From: a virus
Lineage: Duplodnaviria > Caudoviricetes
DNA: 46,475 nucleotides
IMG/VR virus record: IMGVR_UViG_3300049893_001524
Span: 1 to 46,475 of that record
Direction: 5' to 3' (one strand)
Position 1 is the first letter of the stretch; each line of letters opens with the position of its first letter. The position numbers and the translations under genes were made by a program. Of this stretch, positions 44,150 through 46,475 are shown piece after piece. Under the pieces are notes generated by a model that was not told the DNA's origin, did no database searches, and was given only the letters and a program-made list of their open reading frames with translations.

Positions 44150-44934
44150 AGCCCGGGCTCCTTCGTGATTGCGTCAAGGCGCTCCTCAAGCGTAGGCCGC
44201 GCCTGGCCCATGGGGCGCCCGCCCATGTCCGCGGCCTTCCGGCACCAGTTCCGCCACGTCCCGTCCCAGTCCCGCTTCCTGGCGTTCGCTCCGCTCGCCG
44301 CTCGCCAGTAGTCGGTGAACCGCTCGAACTCGCGCTCGGGGTTGGCAACGCGCTCGGCAACGGCAACGCGGCGCCGCTCGGGCGTCAGTGCAAAACCGTC
44401 CGGAATAAACTGCCCCGTCGCCCTCACCTTGGGCTGGGTCGAAACGACAGTTTCGACCTGCAACGCTAAGGATAGAGGTGAGGTATCTACGGAGTGATCC
44501 CCTCTTACTCTTGTATGGATTGGATTGGATTGGATGGCAGAATTTTGCTCTGGCAAATCTGTAGCATTTGCTAGGGCTTTGCCATGCTTAGCCGCTGCCA
44601 TTTGCTTGGCTTTTGCTTCTCCTCCTAGTCTGCCGATTTGCGCGCGCCTGTTTGAAATCTGTAGAGATTTTTCCCGGTGAGCCTCAAGTCTGACGTTCAC
44701 CAGGCCCGTGTCTGTGGCCTCGAACTTGGTGGAGACGGTCGCCCACAATTTTGCGAAGCGCGCCTTGTCGTAGCGACACATTTTGCACAGCCTGGCCGGG
44801 TCACTTGGCAGCGGTCCCGATGTCCACTGGTAGCAGAGCAGCAGTACGTAGAGGCCCTGTTCCTCGCCGTCCCACGCCACTGTTGACGCCAGGAAGTCGC
44901 CGACAAACAGCGGCATAAACGGCTGCTTGCTCAC
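44146..44934 (-). CDS. YdaU/DUF1376 family replication initiator
   Basis: PFMPLFVGDFLAST.....EE.G.Y..LL...W..G.LP; C-terminal F.DYW.....K.DW..TWRNW. Confidence 0.85.
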   Translation of the reverse strand: MSKQPFMPLFVGDFLASTVAWDGEEQGLYVLLLCYQWTSGPLPSDPARLCKMCRYDKARFAKLWATVSTKFEATDTGLVNVRLEAHREKSLQISNRRAQIGRLGGEAKAKQMAAAKHGKALANATDLPEQNSAIQSNPIHTRVRGDHSVDTSPLSLALQVETVVSTQPKVRATGQFIPDGFALTPERRRVAVAERVANPEREFERFTDYWRAASGANARKRDWDGTWRNWCRKAADMGGRPMGQARPTLEERLDAITKEPGL

Positions 44935-45179
44935 TGCGCTGCCTTTAGGCTGGCCTGGATCTCGGCCAGCTTGGCGCGCTTAGCCGCATCAATCTTGGTG
45001 CGCCTGGCTTCGTATAGCTCCTCCAGACGTTTGCCGGTCTCGTAGCGAATGCTACGTTGGCTTCCCGTCATTACCCGGCTTATTCCGGCCGGCGTGTAAC
45101 CAACAGCCAGCGAAATCGCGAGCTGCGTCATGCCTGCAAACTCGATGAGTTCCGAGCACATCTGTCTTGGTGATAGCAT
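44931..45179 (-). CDS. Cro-like HTH protein
   Basis: GMTQLAISLAVGYTPAGISRV..G......YETG..L; first gene of the replication operon. Confidence 0.75.
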   Translation of the reverse strand: MLSPRQMCSELIEFAGMTQLAISLAVGYTPAGISRVMTGSQRSIRYETGKRLEELYEARRTKIDAAKRAKLAEIQASLKAAQ

Positions 45180-45205
45180 GGTGAGGTATTAATATCACGT
45201 TGCTA

Positions 45206-45249
45206 TTGTGAAACGCAAGCCGCGCTGATACGATGCGTACATTGTGGGA
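45206..45249 (+). promoter_or_regulatory. Sigma70-like promoter plus operator copy 8 upstream of recT
   Basis: TTGTGA-N17-TACGAT (extended TG) followed directly by GCGTAC-ATT-GTGGGA (45235-45249). Confidence 0.65.
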
Positions 45250-45260
45250 CGGAGACAGGC

Positions 45261-46199
45261 ATGACAACAGCACTGGAAAGATTCGAGAACACGCTCACCG
45301 ATCGCCGCATCGTTTCGCAGTTCAACGCGAGCCGATTCGACCGCGATTTGAAGTGGTCGGCGGAGAAGCAATACGCGATCGCCGCGATCCGCGCGAACGA
45401 AGCCCTGCAGCGCGCCGATCCCGACAGCCTGCGCATGGCGCTGCTCGACGTCTCGTTCTCCGGGCTCAGCCTGGCGCCGATGAAGGGCCACGGCTATCTG
45501 ATCCCCTACGACGGACAGGTCAAGTTTATGCCGGGCTACCGCGGACTCCTGCACCTCGTCCACCGCGCGAAGACAATCCAGTCCGTGCAGCCCGGGCTCG
45601 TCCACCTCAACGACAGGTTCCGCGTGTACACGCGCGACAACAACCGCGTCGTCGAGCACGAGCTCGCGCTCAAGAACCGCGGCCCGCTCACGCACGCCTA
45701 CTGCATCGCGAAGTTCACGAACGGCGGCCAGCACGTCGAGGTCATGAATGCCGAGGAGCTCGCGGCCTGCGAAAAGGCGGCGAGCGCGAAGAATCCGAAG
45801 GGCGGCATGGTCTGGCGGTCGGCGTTCGGCGAGCAGATGGCGATCAAGTCGTGCATGCGGCGCGCGTGGAAGTGGTGGCCGCAGGATCAGGAAGGCGCGA
45901 TCGAGCACGCCATGACAGTCGTCAACAAGGCGGAGCCCGTGGAATTTGAGCGCGCCCCCGACCAGGCGCCAGAGGAAACCGAGGTCTGCCTGAGCGACGT
46001 CCAGCAGCTCGAGCTGCACGCCTTCCTCGCCGATCGCGAGGTCCCAGATCCCGACACCTGGCTGGCCAGGCTGGCCCAAGCCTTCGGCGCAAAGTCGCTG
46101 AGCCTCGTGCCGGCGCGCCGCTTCGACGAGGCCAAGAAACGCCTCGGCGATCGCTACGATCTCTGGCGCGCCGCACGCGACAAGAAGGCGGCGTCGTGA
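45261..46199 (+). CDS. recT: RecT-family ssDNA annealing recombinase
   Basis: GLSLAP..G.GYLIPY, GYRGLL.L..R, V...D.F, W...F.QMA.KS..RRA.K.WP. Confidence 0.9.
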   Translation: MTTALERFENTLTDRRIVSQFNASRFDRDLKWSAEKQYAIAAIRANEALQRADPDSLRMALLDVSFSGLSLAPMKGHGYLIPYDGQVKFMPGYRGLLHLVHRAKTIQSVQPGLVHLNDRFRVYTRDNNRVVEHELALKNRGPLTHAYCIAKFTNGGQHVEVMNAEELAACEKAASAKNPKGGMVWRSAFGEQMAIKSCMRRAWKWWPQDQEGAIEHAMTVVNKAEPVEFERAPDQAPEETEVCLSDVQQLELHAFLADREVPDPDTWLARLAQAFGAKSLSLVPARRFDEAKKRLGDRYDLWRAARDKKAAS

Positions 46200-46475
46200 A
46201 TCGCGAAGACCACGGCAAGGCGCGCGCGGGCAGGCTCACGGGATCGCTGGTGCAGCGCCTCATGACATCCGGGACGCGGGCGTGGAACACCATCGCCAAG
46301 GAAATGCGCGAGCCCAAGCCGTTCTATTCCGTCGAGGACACACCGAACATGCCGGCGCCGCTCGCTTGGGGGCAGATCAGTGAGCCCACGGCGGCCGCGC
46401 TGTTCTGGGAGCGTCACCCAGAGTACGACATGACGGACCCAAAGTTCGTCGCGTACACAGGCGACGGCCCGCAGT
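46196..46475 (+). CDS. YqaJ/lambda-exonuclease-like protein, 5' part only (not in the ORF track)
   Basis: GTGA-coupled start; R.GRLTGS, then WG...EP.A motif; follows recT. Confidence 0.75.
   Translation, partial: MNREDHGKARAGRLTGSLVQRLMTSGTRAWNTIAKEMREPKPFYSVEDTPNMPAPLAWGQISEPTAAALFWERHPEYDMTDPKFVAYTGDGPQ

Larger units (their letters stand above)
1..46475. mobile_element. Tailed dsDNA phage or prophage, podovirus-like morphogenesis module, partial genome
   Basis: terS/terL, portal, scaffold, capsid, tail adaptor and nozzle, ejection proteins, lysis cassette and lambdoid replication/recombination genes; no tape measure or sheath gene; no host housekeeping genes. Confidence 0.95.

Noticed and set aside
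42942-44366. Long N-terminal extensions in the ORF track (for example 474 aa here, also 39164-39772 and 36643-37269) and many Arg-rich alternate-frame ORFs
   Set aside because: They overlap better-supported genes; coupled starts and RBSs indicate shorter proteins, and spurious long frames are expected at high GC.
27985-45249. Operator as a host LexA box
   Set aside because: It resembles GTAC-N4-GTRC-type LexA sites but the spacer here is consistently N3; not fully excluded because the host is unknown.
1-46475. CRISPR array, tRNA genes, integrase/att sites, tape measure and tail-chaperone frameshift
   Set aside because: No regularly spaced repeats, tRNA cloverleaf, recombinase motifs or long-tail genes were seen.

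Overview
The whole window is a ~46.5 kb piece of a high-GC, short-tailed (podovirus-like) dsDNA phage of a Gram-negative host; the two-component spanin is the host evidence. No host genes, integrase, tRNA or CRISPR array were seen. Most genes are on the minus strand. Reading right to left: recT and a partial exonuclease gene (plus strand), cro-like HTH, YdaU/DUF1376 replication initiator, Ref/HNH-like and RusA-like nucleases, two divergent arrays of small early genes, terS, accessory genes including a peptide deformylase, terL, a small HTH regulator, an extra virion-fibre module, portal, scaffold, major capsid, tail adaptor and nozzle, collagen-like fibres, a lysis cassette, and ejection proteins. 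Three observations stand out. (1) A 2OG-Fe(II) dioxygenase gene sits between three Gly-Pro-X collagen genes whose repeats are nearly charge-free and rich in Y-position Pro, suggesting a phage prolyl-hydroxylase/collagen fibre system. (2) A 15-bp palindromic operator (GCGTAC-N3-GTRCGY) occurs at eight sigma70-like promoters across the genome, including the promoter of an Aca1/KorC-like HTH gene, suggesting a dispersed repressor regulon over candidate anti-defence genes. (3) An ~80-nt three-stem RNA starts at the predicted TSS of one of these promoters. All family assignments are by-eye motif recognition; no database search or folding program was run.
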